A DNA stretch of 64,000 bases from Candidatus Peribacteraceae bacterium (GCA_028711345.1 JAQTSK010000002.1:228-64227), one strand, 5' to 3'; positions 1-9,854 are shown, counted from the stretch's first letter. Translations and numbers: made by a program. Notes: generated from the sequence alone by a model not told the origin.

Positions 1-739
1 GTCCTTTCTCGAAGTGCTCCACGAACGTGTCTCCGTTGAGCGGTTCGCCGATGGCAAAGCCGGCGAGGTGCGAGTCGACTTCCACCCCGATGCCGGTGAT
101 CGCCAGTGCGTCGAAGTGGCGCATCGCATTCATCAGCGCCGTGCTCTCGTCGAGCATTGACGGATCGTTCTTGCCGCGGAACTCCAGCCACCGCTCCTGA
201 ATCCGCATGCAGGCGTCGGCGTCATCGGCTGTGAGCGGCCGGACCTCCGGATTCAATGCCTCGAAGCGCTTGATGAAGTTACGCTTGCCGTCGTATTTCT
301 TGCCGCTGAGTGCGCGGAGATCGGAGAGGCTGTAGACGTAATCGCTGTTGCTCCGATCCAGTATCAGGCGCATGTCTTTCTGCGCCACTGTGTGCCCCGG
401 ATGTTCGGGTATGCGCGCCCAGCAATACTTCTTGAGTCCGCTGAATATCGTATGCATGATCCGGACGGGGTCGGGTCCGACAGGCGGGTAGAAGTTAAGC
501 GTGCAGTGCGCATCGCGGAAGGTGACGAGCAGGTGACCGTCATACTCCAAGAAGAGGTGATGCCTCGCTTCCGCCCAACAGTAGAGGTTGGTGAAGGTGA
601 GTTCGGAGATCTGCGGAGGATACGCGGAGAGATAGCGCTGGATGAGCGGTTGATCGTTCATCGTGACCGGCCGGAGCATTTCAAGAACGTGACAACTCTG
701 CGCATCGCGAACGGAGAAGGGGGCTGTGGAGATGTGCAT
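1..739 (-). CDS. DUF2156 (MprF/LPG-synthase C-terminal-like) domain protein, partial; C-terminus lies beyond the window start
   Basis: Own minus-strand translation from ATG at 739-737: MHISTAPFSVRDAQ..LIQRYLSAYPPQISELTFTNLYCWAEARHH..YDGKRNFIKRFEAL... Open to position 1, so absent from the ORF track. Track ORF 392-805(+) is its antisense shadow. Confidence 0.6.
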   Translation of the reverse strand, partial: MHISTAPFSVRDAQSCHVLEMLRPVTMNDQPLIQRYLSAYPPQISELTFTNLYCWAEARHHLFLEYDGHLLVTFRDAHCTLNFYPPVGPDPVRIMHTIFSGLKKYCWARIPEHPGHTVAQKDMRLILDRSNSDYVYSLSDLRALSGKKYDGKRNFIKRFEALNPEVRPLTADDADACMRIQERWLEFRGKNDPSMLDESTALMNAMRHFDALAITGIGVEVDSHLAGFAIGEPLNGDTFVEHFEKG

Positions 740-793
740 ATGTCACTGAGACGTTGGCGGCTCCGGAGATATGACATCCGTGTGAATCAAAAA

Positions 794-1802
794 AATGACT
801 ACTGAGTTAACGCAGAAACAGCATTGTTCTGCCAGAATGTAGGCCTATGCCAACCTATACTTCTCTAAACTTTCTTGAATTCTTCGCTGCGTTCCCTTCG
901 GAAGAAGCATGCGAACAGCATTTAATGCACGTACGCTGGCCCCATGGAATGTCATGCCATCGATGCAGTAAAAAGGCCTTCTACAAGCGCATCAACACAC
1001 GAAGAGCCTATCAGTGCCGTCATTGCAAAGCGTTCGCATATCCGACCGCAGGTACAATCTTCCACCGTACCCGTACACCATTGAAAGCATGGTTTTTGGC
1101 TATTTTCTGCGTTGCATTCGACAAACGCGGAGTATCAGCATTGCAACTTGCCGACCAGATCGGCGTAGATTACAACACCGCGTGGGCGATGCTTCATCGC
1201 ATTCGTCGTGCCATGGCGACTCGCGATGCGCAGTATCATTTGCCAAGTCCTGTGGAAATGGATGACACGCTGATCGGTGCGCCGACGGTGGGCGGGAAGC
1301 GCGGACGCGGTACTGACAAAACGCCTGTGCTTGTTGCTATCTCCTTTGTGCTGAATCCAGCCGCAAAAGAAGAGTACACCGGTTTTGCGAAAATGCAGGT
1401 GGTGGCCTCGCCCGGCCGTGAATCGATCAGGGAATTTGCCCGTCAGTGCGTCACTCCGGGCAGCCATGTCCGCACCGATGCCAATTTTCCCTACCGGGTG
1501 CTCACCGAATCAGGGTTCGTCCATCAGCCCATCGATGTCAAAAACTCGGGGAGGAAAGCGCATGTTCTGTTGCCCCATGTCCATACCTGCATCAGCAATC
1601 TGAAGACCTTCATCCAGGGAACGTACCACGGACTGGATGACGGTCATCTGCAGCATTACCTCGACGAGTACTGTTATCGCTTCAACCGACGGAAGCACCG
1701 GCCGGAATTATTCGATCGTGTGCTGCTCGCCTGTCTGGAAATGCCGGAAACACCTTTCTATTCTCTGAGGAAAGCCACTTCTGCGTTAACTCAGTAGTCA
1801 TT
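794..1802. mobile_element. IS1595-family insertion sequence, apparently intact
   Basis: Perfect 24-bp terminal inverted repeats AATGACTACTGAGTTAACGCAGAA at 794-817 and its reverse complement at 1779-1802. Directly flanked by an 8-bp direct repeat ATCAAAAA (786-793 and 1803-1810). Single transposase ORF inside. Confidence 0.9.
847..1797 (+). CDS. IS1595-family transposase (N-terminal zinc ribbon + DDE domain)
   Basis: CHRCS..CRHC zinc-ribbon pairs, then ..DDTLIG..GKRGRGTDKTPVLVA..VRTDAN..HVHTCISNLKTFIQGTYHG..HLQHYLDEYCYRFNRR, typical of ISXO2-like/IS1595 transposases. Confidence 0.9.
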   Translation: MPTYTSLNFLEFFAAFPSEEACEQHLMHVRWPHGMSCHRCSKKAFYKRINTRRAYQCRHCKAFAYPTAGTIFHRTRTPLKAWFLAIFCVAFDKRGVSALQLADQIGVDYNTAWAMLHRIRRAMATRDAQYHLPSPVEMDDTLIGAPTVGGKRGRGTDKTPVLVAISFVLNPAAKEEYTGFAKMQVVASPGRESIREFARQCVTPGSHVRTDANFPYRVLTESGFVHQPIDVKNSGRKAHVLLPHVHTCISNLKTFIQGTYHGLDDGHLQHYLDEYCYRFNRRKHRPELFDRVLLACLEMPETPFYSLRKATSALTQ

Positions 1803-2019
1803 ATCAAAAATCGGATCGGCAAGATTTTGGTGGAGCACCGTTGCTCTAACCATCAACTTTTATCAGGGGACCGCGGGTAGATACCCGCTCCCTATTCAAT
1901 TGATGATGCTGCGTATGCCTGGTGCTTATTTTCCACTCAATTACTTTCTGATCCCAAACATTCTCTTTTTTCAAGCCGGAACTTTTTTGTATACTCCGGC
2001 TGCCCCTTCCTTTCAACGT

Positions 2020-2943
2020 ATGCTCACCGTCAAACGCCTGACCAAGTCCTTCGGAGACACCAAGGCAGTCGATGATCTGTCATTCAGCATCACCGCCGGC
2101 GAGATCGTCGGGTTCTTAGGCCCCAACGGCGCCGGCAAGACGACGACGATGCGCCTCATTGCCGGCTACCTGTCTCCCGACAGCGGCACGATCATCATTG
2201 ATGACAAGCAGGTCGGTGAAGAGGGGAGCGATGCACGGAGATACATCGGTTATCTTCCCGAGAACAATCCTCTCTACAAAGACATGCTCGTTTCCGAGTT
2301 CCTGACGCTCTCGGCGGATCTCAAGAACATCCCCGCCGACAAGCGCCGCGCCGCGTTCGACTTCGCCGTGAGCGCCGTGGACATCGGCGATGTGTTCTAC
2401 CGGCCGGTCGGGGAGTTATCCAAGGGGTACAAGCAGCGCATCGGCATGGCGGTGGCGCTGCTCCATCGTCCGTCCATTCTCATTCTCGACGAGCCGACCG
2501 AGGGGCTGGACCCGAACCAGCGGACGGAGATCCGGTCCCTCATCAAATCATTGGCCAAGGAGCGCACGATTCTGCTCAGTACGCACGTCATGCAGGAAGC
2601 ATCGGCGCTCTGCAGTCGCATCCTGATCATCCATCACGGCAAGCTGGTGGCGGACGGCACTCCCAAGGAATTGGCGGCGAAAGCGCAGCAGCAGAATATC
2701 CTGATCGTGGAGCTGGAAGGCAAAGGGATTGAAGCCGCACTGAAGTCCATGCCGGGTGTCTCCCGCATCGCGCTCGATTCGCTCGGCGGCGATCGTATCC
2801 GCGCCACGCTCATCACCGCCGGCGATCAGCTCCAGCCGCAGGTGCTTGCGTTGTCCGCGCAGCACGGCTGGAAGGTCTGGCGCCTCGCCGAGGAGGAGCA
2901 CAAGCTGGAGGACATCTTCCACTCCCTTACCACTCACGCCTGA
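2020..2943 (+). CDS. ABC transporter ATP-binding protein (ABC-2 type, GldA-like)
   Basis: Walker A GPNGAGKTT, signature LSKGYKQR, Walker B ILILDEP. Start moved to ATG 2020 (MLTVKRLTKSFG); the upstream track extension looks non-coding. Confidence 0.9.
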   Translation: MLTVKRLTKSFGDTKAVDDLSFSITAGEIVGFLGPNGAGKTTTMRLIAGYLSPDSGTIIIDDKQVGEEGSDARRYIGYLPENNPLYKDMLVSEFLTLSADLKNIPADKRRAAFDFAVSAVDIGDVFYRPVGELSKGYKQRIGMAVALLHRPSILILDEPTEGLDPNQRTEIRSLIKSLAKERTILLSTHVMQEASALCSRILIIHHGKLVADGTPKELAAKAQQQNILIVELEGKGIEAALKSMPGVSRIALDSLGGDRIRATLITAGDQLQPQVLALSAQHGWKVWRLAEEEHKLEDIFHSLTTHA

Positions 2944-2948
2944 TTCCC

Positions 2949-5207
2949 ATGCGCAACATTCTCACCATCCTCCGCAAAGAATTCCGTTCCTCTTTCGATC
3001 ATCCGACGGCGTACATCGTGCTCGGCGTCTTCCTGCTTCTCTGGGAGTTCCTCTTCTTCCAGCGGGTGTTCCTGGTCGGCGAAGCGTCACTCCGCTTGTT
3101 ATTTGACGTCCTGCCGTGGCTTCTGATCTTCGTCGTGCCGGGGCTCACGATGGGAAGCATCGCGCAGGAGAAGGCCGACGGGACCCTTGAACTGCTGCTC
3201 ACGCATCCGCTCAAAGATCGGGAGCTGATTCTCGGCAAGTTCCTTGCAAGTCTCGCGTTCCTCGCGCTGGCGTTCCTCTTCATGATTCCGATCGGGCTGA
3301 GTCTGGCGTCATTCGGGAGTGTGGATTGGGGCGTGGTCGCGGGACAGTACCTCGGGAGTCTCTGTCTCGCCGCGGTGCTGGTCGCTCTTGGCGTTTTCAT
3401 CTCCAGTCTCTTAAGCAGCCCCGTCGCATCGCTCCTTGTCTCCGCCGCGGCCGGGTTCCTCCTCGTCATCGCCGGATCGGAGATCGTCACGGCGGGTCTG
3501 CCGGCTGTGCTCGGTCACATCTTGGAACAGCTCTCGGTGACGTCGCATTTCCAGTCCATGGCGCGCGGGGTCATCGATCTCCGTGATGTGTGGTACGTCC
3601 TCTGTGCGGTGACGGTTTTCTTGAGCCTCGCGTACCTGCAACTGCGCAAGCGCAAGTTCGGGAACAACCGTTCCGTCTACCGGAAGTATCAGCTCAAAAT
3701 CTCGGCGTTCGTGTGTCTGGCGGTCATTGTCGCCATCCTCGGGAACTACGTGCCGATCCGCATCGATCTCACGCAGAGCCGGCTCTATACCATCACGGCG
3801 ACGACGAAGAAGATCCTCGGGAATCTCACGGGTCCGGTCACGCTGACGCTCTACGCAAGCGATCAATTGCCCGCACAGCTCCAGCCCGTGCTCAGGGACA
3901 TCGCGGATACGCTCCGCGACTATGCATCGTACGGCGGAGGGAACATCATCGTGATCCGGAAGAATCCTGCGAAAGATCAGAGCGTTGCGCAGGAAGCGGT
4001 GATGCAGGGCGTAGAGCAGGCGCAGTTCAACGTGGTCGGACAGGGGAACTTCCAGGTGCAGACGGGCTTTCTTGGCATCACCGCTGCATACGGAGATCAG
4101 AGTGAGGTCATTCCGTTCGTCCAGAGCACAGCCGATCTGGAGTACCAGCTGACGAGCATCATCCGCAAGCTCACCGTGACGGAGAAGAAGACGGTGAGGT
4201 TCCTGACGGGTCACGGCGAGAAAACCCCGCAGGAGTACGGGGCATTGCATGCGGAATTGGGGAAGCAGTACGTCGTGCAGCCCCTCACCATCGACAGCAA
4301 GAATCCGGCGGTTCCGGACGAGACGGCGGCACTGGTGATTGCGGGACCGACGACCGAAATCAATGCGAAGACCCGCACGGCCGTCAAAACGTATCTGGAC
4401 GGCGGCGGATCGGCGTTCTTCCTGATTGATACGCTCAGTGTGGATCTGTCGACGTTGAGCGGCACCGGAAGCTCGCACAGCTTCGCGGATTTCCTTCTCG
4501 ATTACGGCGTGTCCGTGCACACGGATGCGGTGTACGACGTCCGGTCCAACGAGACCGTCAACTTCTCGGGCGGCGGCGGAGCGAACCGGTTCATGAGTTT
4601 CCTCCTGCCGTACCCCTTCTGGGCGCTGGTGCAGCCATTCAGTTCATCGTCGCCCGTCACATCCAGAATCGGATCGGTGATGTTGCCGTGGACCGGCACC
4701 ATTTCGCTCGATGATGAGACGCTCACGAGCGCCGGTCTCAGGGCAACGAATCTCCTCATGACCACCCGCTTCGCCGGAAGGATGACGGGTGCGTTCAATC
4801 TGGCGCCGCAGCAGGATTTTCCGGCTGTCGGCCTCACCTCTCTGCTCGTTGCAGTCAGCCTCTCGGGCGACGCTTCCGATGACATGTCCTCCGCAGCGCT
4901 CTCCGGCACACGTATGGTGGTCGTCGGAAACTCCAACTTCCTCACCGATCAGTTCATGCAGCAGTCGCCGGAGAATCTCGCTTTCGGCATGGGCGCCGTC
5001 TCCTGGCTCGCTCACGACGATTCCATCGCGTCCATTCAGCTGAAGCAGAACGTGGAGCGCAAGCTCGTCTTCGGCAACGATACGCAGATCGCGCTGGTGA
5101 AGTTCGGGAACATGGTGTTTGCATTGATCGTGCTGCTCGGCATCGGACTGTACAGATTCCTGCGCCGTCGGCACTTGCGGCAGCTCACGTATGGATCGAT
5201 CGTCTGA
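2949..5207 (+). CDS. ABC-2 permease (GldF-like) fused to a GldG-like auxiliary domain
   Basis: N-terminal part of about 240 aa is multi-TM ABC-2 permease-like. A large extracytoplasmic domain and a C-terminal TM anchor follow. Starts 6 nt after the ATPase gene. Confidence 0.8.
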   Translation: MRNILTILRKEFRSSFDHPTAYIVLGVFLLLWEFLFFQRVFLVGEASLRLLFDVLPWLLIFVVPGLTMGSIAQEKADGTLELLLTHPLKDRELILGKFLASLAFLALAFLFMIPIGLSLASFGSVDWGVVAGQYLGSLCLAAVLVALGVFISSLLSSPVASLLVSAAAGFLLVIAGSEIVTAGLPAVLGHILEQLSVTSHFQSMARGVIDLRDVWYVLCAVTVFLSLAYLQLRKRKFGNNRSVYRKYQLKISAFVCLAVIVAILGNYVPIRIDLTQSRLYTITATTKKILGNLTGPVTLTLYASDQLPAQLQPVLRDIADTLRDYASYGGGNIIVIRKNPAKDQSVAQEAVMQGVEQAQFNVVGQGNFQVQTGFLGITAAYGDQSEVIPFVQSTADLEYQLTSIIRKLTVTEKKTVRFLTGHGEKTPQEYGALHAELGKQYVVQPLTIDSKNPAVPDETAALVIAGPTTEINAKTRTAVKTYLDGGGSAFFLIDTLSVDLSTLSGTGSSHSFADFLLDYGVSVHTDAVYDVRSNETVNFSGGGGANRFMSFLLPYPFWALVQPFSSSSPVTSRIGSVMLPWTGTISLDDETLTSAGLRATNLLMTTRFAGRMTGAFNLAPQQDFPAVGLTSLLVAVSLSGDASDDMSSAALSGTRMVVVGNSNFLTDQFMQQSPENLAFGMGAVSWLAHDDSIASIQLKQNVERKLVFGNDTQIALVKFGNMVFALIVLLGIGLYRFLRRRHLRQLTYGSIV

Positions 5208-5234
5208 TACGAGATTAACTTGAATGTTATCGTA

Positions 5235-5279
5235 GCTGCGGTTCGAAAACCGCAGCGGCGGCGATTTTCGAATCGCCGC
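5235..5279. repeat. REP-like tandem hairpins
   Basis: GCTGCGGTT-CGAA-AACCGCAGC and GCGGCGATT-TTCG-AATCGCCGC, bracketed by CGTAGC..GCTACGG. Confidence 0.8.
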
Positions 5280-5340
5280 TACGGAGATAAAAGATTCGAA
5301 TCAGGTTAATTCCGTATGACAGGAGTAGAATTGCCGCACT

Positions 5341-5580
5341 ATGAAAAACTCCTGCCAAAGTTGCTTGATGCCGCTTGCCAAAGATCCGGGGAAGAGCGGA
5401 TCGGATCAGTACTGCAGTTACTGCTTCAAAGACGGGAAGCTGGCCTACGAAGGGAATGATCTGAAAGAGTTCCAGCGACGGTGCTTCGAAGGCATGACTG
5501 CCGGTGGCATGGGCAGGTTCAAAGCCCGATTCTTCACCTGGCTGGTTCGCTTCGCGCCGCGGTGGAGAAGGAAGCAGTAG
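5341..5580 (+). CDS. putative zinc-ribbon domain protein
   Basis: CQSC..17 aa..CSYC motif in a 79-aa ORF. Flanked by related hairpin repeats. Confidence 0.55.
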   Translation: MKNSCQSCLMPLAKDPGKSGSDQYCSYCFKDGKLAYEGNDLKEFQRRCFEGMTAGGMGRFKARFFTWLVRFAPRWRRKQ

Positions 5581-5820
5581 GGGGAGCGACTGAGGTTCCA
5601 TCTTTGCTTGTCGGGTTGTGCGGAGCACATTTTCAGTTGAGCCAGCCACGTCGTTCGTTATTGGTGAGTGATACGAAATTAATCTGAATTGTACCGTAGC
5701 GGCGATTCGACAATCGCCCGAAGTGAGCAATCTGATTTCGCAGAACATCGAAAAAAGTATGACTTCTTTGTTAGGGAACTTTCCTTGCTTTTTCAGAGGT
5801 TCCTAAGGAAAAAGGATCGT

Positions 5821-6156
5821 TCAGAAGGACTGAGAAAAATACCCCAACTCCGCAAGTATCGTACCACTTGCTCCCACAATGAGATTAAAAATAAAAGCAG
5901 ACAGTATCCCGATTCTGATGAACTTCCTGCCTTTCTTTTTCGCTATTTCACTTCCGAAGAGTAGTGGTAAAAAGAAGATACAGTTAATAACTAAATGTAT
6001 GAGATAGATGCCCCATCGAGGAAGGTGTGGCATTTCTGCCATGCTGACAAAACTCCATACGATTACAAGTACAAGACCCCCCAAAAATCCTATGGAGAAA
6101 TCGAGCACTTTGTTATGAGAGGCCGAAGCAGAAGAAGGAGGAGAAGGGTGCGTCAT
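5821..6156 (-). CDS. hypothetical small membrane protein
   Basis: 111-aa ORF with three hydrophobic segments. AT-richer than its surroundings. Confidence 0.4.
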   Translation of the reverse strand: MTHPSPPSSASASHNKVLDFSIGFLGGLVLVIVWSFVSMAEMPHLPRWGIYLIHLVINCIFFLPLLFGSEIAKKKGRKFIRIGILSAFIFNLIVGASGTILAELGYFSQSF

Positions 6157-6236
6157 AAGAAGGGAGGGAGGAGTGAATTATTATGAGAGATGCTTTATAG
6201 GGTAGTGACGCGGAAGGAGGACACCCCGCCTTGCTT

Positions 6237-6262
6237 GCCACGTCAACGGAGGTTGACGTGGC
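6237..6262. repeat. 11-bp-stem hairpin between the SLH gene and the small membrane protein gene
   Basis: GCCACGTCAAC-GGAG-GTTGACGTGGC. No adjacent T-run on either strand. Confidence 0.7.
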
Positions 6263-6295
6263 CAGACAAGGTTGAAAATGACCTGCCGTCCTCGT

Positions 6296-8422
6296 TCAAC
6301 GACTGGATAAATACTGATAGATGGCAACAGCCACGTCCTGACGGCTGAGTACAGATCCTGGACGCAGAGAAGCTGATCGGCCGGGGAAGAGAGAATACTT
6401 TTTGGCGATACCGGCATATCGGGCAAACCAAGCGTTCGCCGACACATCCGAATACGTATTGGAGGTATTCAGCTGCAATCCGAAGGTGAGAGCGAGCATC
6501 TTGAGGAACTCAGCCGTGTTCACCTGGTCAGCGGGGCGGAACGTGCCGTCCGGATATCCGTTGATGATCCCTTTCTGCGCAGCCGTCATCACGAACTTCG
6601 TGTACCACTGGCCATCGAGAACGTCCGGAAACGTTCCGCTGTTTGCGATGTCGTCAACGGATCCGTACCGTGCGAGGAGAAGGAACTTCGCCGCCTCGGC
6701 ACGATTCACCGGTTGGTCACCTTTGAATTGCCCGTCAGGGAAACCGCCGATGATCGCTCTGCGATAGAGCTCGGCCGCCGCTTTTCCCGAGAGCTGAGTC
6801 ATATCTGTGTCAGGGAAGGGATTGCGGTACGTTTCGATGTTCGTGAGAACCGTGTCTTCGTAGCCTGCGGGTGGGATTTTCCCGTTGGAAGCAGATGTGA
6901 ATGTTGCACTCTTTACGGCTTGCGTTAATAGACTGCTCAGATGAATTTGTAGATTTTGCACAGTCACATTCTCCGAACACGCACTCTGCGAGTGGATAGA
7001 GGTAATCTGATGGAGGGCATCCACATGGATAATGCCGATACCATCCTGCTCGGCTGTGCAGTAGTGGCCACCGGCGTCTTGGTCAGCTTGAATGAGGGCC
7101 TTGGTCGAAAAAAGCACATTCTTTCCGATAGTTTTACCGTCAGTCTCTTTATCGGGTGCATCCACGATGACGTACACCAGGTCGCTCAGATCGGATGGAA
7201 TGGGGAACTGAATTCCCAGCTCTGGCACTGTAAATACGGCAGAAGGTGTAGTAAATTTAAAAGTAGAAAGAATCTGCGGGCTCACATTTTCAAATGTTGA
7301 ATACTGAGCCGCATAGGTTTTACCATCGTGGTAAGTCAGTTGAACAATTTGATTTTTGGCAACAATCAACTTCACCCAATGGATACCATTCGTTGTGATC
7401 GTTGTTCGTGAATCTATTGTACGTCCGGGTCTGCTGAACACAGGCAACAATGCTTCTGCCTCATTGAGGGGCACATTGTAGACATGAATTGCTAAAGAAT
7501 AGTCTTGTCCTCCAACGGGCATAAAAGCGACATTCGTATCGCTTATAGGACCCTTCCAATTATTCGGATATTTTACCTCATAACCATATTGAGTGTTTGA
7601 ATATGTTTTCCAGCCGGCGGTTGGGTCTGCTGGAGAAGCAACAACGCTGAACGCGACTTTATTACTCATCGTGCCCCATGGCTGTGCATAGAGGTGATAT
7701 GCCCCGGGAGTAATGGTGATAGACGAAGGGCACGGCAAGCCGGAATAGGAAGTATCTTTCGTGCAGTAGCTGCCAGAAAGTTTGAATGTGACCACGGTCG
7801 TCGAATCAGTACTGTCGCCGAGGACGACTCCTTTCTGTCCAGCACCGTTTTCGATCCAGAGATTCTTATCTCCTTCGAAGCCACGCAAGTTAAAGCCGTT
7901 GACCGTCACCGTCGATCCGATTTTTGCTGGATTGGGAGAAACACTGCTGATGGAAGGCACGAGAGACTTAACGCATTTTCCGTCAACGCATGTGTTGGTT
8001 GGACACGGAGCCACAAGACAGGCAATTTGCGGACAATCCGTGTCTGTTTTGCACTGGGAAGATGACGAACATTGACGCGCCAGCGCAGGGCATGCGATCG
8101 ACCCGTTGGCCACTCCGCAATGATTCGAGTCATTTGCCGTCAGAGATTGCCAGCCATTGGAACAGGCGCCCCAATCGCATTTCCAACTCGGCGTACAACT
8201 TGCTTTCGTCGTATTGAACGCATTCAGGCAATCCTGTTGATTGCTGAACGTTTGCAAGCCGAGATACATATATGTGCCGCAAAATTGTTTCCGTGTTTGA
8301 CATTGATCGCCTCCGGCAGTATCAAACCAAAATAAATTTGAGCAGGATATTTCCGCAGCAGAAACAGAAAGGGGAATCAGTGCAGCTGTTACGACAGCAA
8401 GACTGAGGAGATAGTTCTTCAT
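6296..8422 (-). CDS. secreted Cys-rich protein with IPT/TIG-like domain and three C-terminal SLH domains
   Basis: Signal peptide MKNYLLSLAVVTAALIPLSVSAAE from ATG 8422. C-terminus has three repeats of the SLH pattern (FPD..W....V......GI..GYPDGTF.P...V.RAE). Confidence 0.8.
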   Translation of the reverse strand: MKNYLLSLAVVTAALIPLSVSAAEISCSNLFWFDTAGGDQCQTRKQFCGTYMYLGLQTFSNQQDCLNAFNTTKASCTPSWKCDWGACSNGWQSLTANDSNHCGVANGSIACPALARQCSSSSQCKTDTDCPQIACLVAPCPTNTCVDGKCVKSLVPSISSVSPNPAKIGSTVTVNGFNLRGFEGDKNLWIENGAGQKGVVLGDSTDSTTVVTFKLSGSYCTKDTSYSGLPCPSSITITPGAYHLYAQPWGTMSNKVAFSVVASPADPTAGWKTYSNTQYGYEVKYPNNWKGPISDTNVAFMPVGGQDYSLAIHVYNVPLNEAEALLPVFSRPGRTIDSRTTITTNGIHWVKLIVAKNQIVQLTYHDGKTYAAQYSTFENVSPQILSTFKFTTPSAVFTVPELGIQFPIPSDLSDLVYVIVDAPDKETDGKTIGKNVLFSTKALIQADQDAGGHYCTAEQDGIGIIHVDALHQITSIHSQSACSENVTVQNLQIHLSSLLTQAVKSATFTSASNGKIPPAGYEDTVLTNIETYRNPFPDTDMTQLSGKAAAELYRRAIIGGFPDGQFKGDQPVNRAEAAKFLLLARYGSVDDIANSGTFPDVLDGQWYTKFVMTAAQKGIINGYPDGTFRPADQVNTAEFLKMLALTFGLQLNTSNTYSDVSANAWFARYAGIAKKYSLFPGRSASLRPGSVLSRQDVAVAIYQYLSSR

Positions 8423-8996
8423 GAGAGATGGGGGGGGAAGGAGAACTTGCACAATAAGCGCATAAGACTTTTGCGCAAGGGTCTGCGAAGAAACGAAGTC
8501 GTCAGGATTGGACCACTCCGGCACTCGTCTGGACTGAAGATGCTCCATAGTGTTTTTGTCTTTGCATTGTCAGACAAGCTCCCGTGGTGAAAGTGATCGT
8601 TTGAGATGAGACGCACAGCGTCTACGGGGTGCGGTGGAGGGGAATCAGGATTATCGCCGCTTCGCAAGCGGGATTGGGAGACTCTTGGATTCTTATTCGG
8701 TCCTTTCCATGAGGAAGGCGGACAAAATGAATCTGTCACGACAGAATGTTATTCTGTGCTGTTTGGTGCACAGTCACTGATTTTGGACATCGCAAAAGAG
8801 GACGGTAGGCATGCATCGACCATGGTATAACCGGGTCATTTTGTTGCGAAAAATAATGGCAAACCGTGGCCTGCCACGCGAAGCGCCTCCGCAGAGGCGC
8901 GAAGTGTGGCGGAGATGATACGAAAAAGTTGGAACCAGCTTGAACAGCGGCTATTTGGATTCGCAGTACCAATCAAAACGATTGAACGTACTCTGT

Positions 8997-9119
8997 TCAT
9001 CGCTCCGATTTCTTCTTCTTCCCCTCTGCGCGAATTTGCCGTCCACGCTTGACGGCATCGCCGTATGCTTTGATGACAGGATTCTTCGGATCCGGTGATG
9101 GGAGAGGAGTGCGCTTCAT
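8997..9119 (-). CDS. hypothetical 40-aa basic peptide coupled to the upstream kinase gene
   Basis: Own translation MKRTPLPSPDPKNPVIKAYGDAVKRGRQIRAEGKKKKSER. Its ATG overlaps the kinase TGA as ATGA (9119-9116). Too short for the track. Confidence 0.2.
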   Translation of the reverse strand: MKRTPLPSPDPKNPVIKAYGDAVKRGRQIRAEGKKKKSER

Positions 9120-9715
9120 GATGACTGAACGTCATTGGCCAGTTCATCAGTAGAGTACTGAATACTCTGCAAAAAGGCAACGAGCCGTGCATGATCCTGA
9201 AAGGAAATATCTGTAAACCGGATAACATCATCGCGATAGGTGCTTTCGTAGAGCTTGATCGCCACTTCCGGATGTTCCTTGGCAATCCAGAGTAATGTCT
9301 GTCGTGATCCTGCATGTGTTCGGTAGAAATGCTTCTCGTCGAATTGGCGTTTCCTCCCCAGGAATGCGTCAAAAGAACGTCCGATGTCGTCGGGAAATAC
9401 GGCAATGATGATCGGCTTCTTCTTCGCCTTTGCAATCTTTCGCATCTTGATGGTCGCACCTTCTATCGAGGAGAGAGTACTATCGAACACAATGCAATGT
9501 CGTTTTTTTAGGTACGTCTCCGCGAATTCGGTCTTTCCCGATGCGCTTCCGCCACAGAGCAAGATGACTTCATTGATGTCCTTGTTTTTCAGTGCTGTCT
9601 CGAATTGTTTGTCTGCAAGTCTCGCAGATTCCCGATGGAATTCTTGCGCTCTCTCCGGCATGTATCCTGCGATTTCTTTCTTCCAATCGTCGATGGAAAT
9701 ATAGGTGACGGACAT
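9116..9715 (-). CDS. zeta-toxin-like / AAA P-loop kinase
   Basis: Walker A LLCGGSASGKTEF. Size and layout resemble zeta-toxin family kinases. Start set at ATG 9715 (MSVTYISIDDW). Confidence 0.55.
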   Translation of the reverse strand: MSVTYISIDDWKKEIAGYMPERAQEFHRESARLADKQFETALKNKDINEVILLCGGSASGKTEFAETYLKKRHCIVFDSTLSSIEGATIKMRKIAKAKKKPIIIAVFPDDIGRSFDAFLGRKRQFDEKHFYRTHAGSRQTLLWIAKEHPEVAIKLYESTYRDDVIRFTDISFQDHARLVAFLQSIQYSTDELANDVQSS

Positions 9716-9854
9716 CGGGGAAAGTGTAGCATGAATGAGCGCCCGAAATGGTTTGCCACGCGAAGCGCAGCCCATGTGCAATTTTGCCCCACTTCGCACT
9801 CCGGGCTACGCGGGGTACACTTCGTTTCTTTGCTTTTGAAGAAAAGTGCTCAAC

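Noticed and set aside
3411-4520. Long antisense ORFs opposite real genes. Examples: 3411-4520(-), 34701-36119(+), 42689-44167(+), 44270-45100(+), 53977-55086(-), 58080-58724(-), 59678-60352(-), 62598-63683(-), 392-805(+).
   Set aside because: Arg/Pro/Gly-rich translations with no motifs, each fully inside a well-supported gene on the other strand. These are typical shadow ORFs of GC-rich coding DNA.
8549-8872. Structured RNA gene (RNase P-like GAGGAAGGCGGAC at about 8700) in the long SLH-gene upstream region.
   Set aside because: It lacks the GAGGAAAGTCC P4 signature and other conserved RNase P blocks on either strand. It is more likely a long 5' UTR. A covariance-model scan would be needed to say more.
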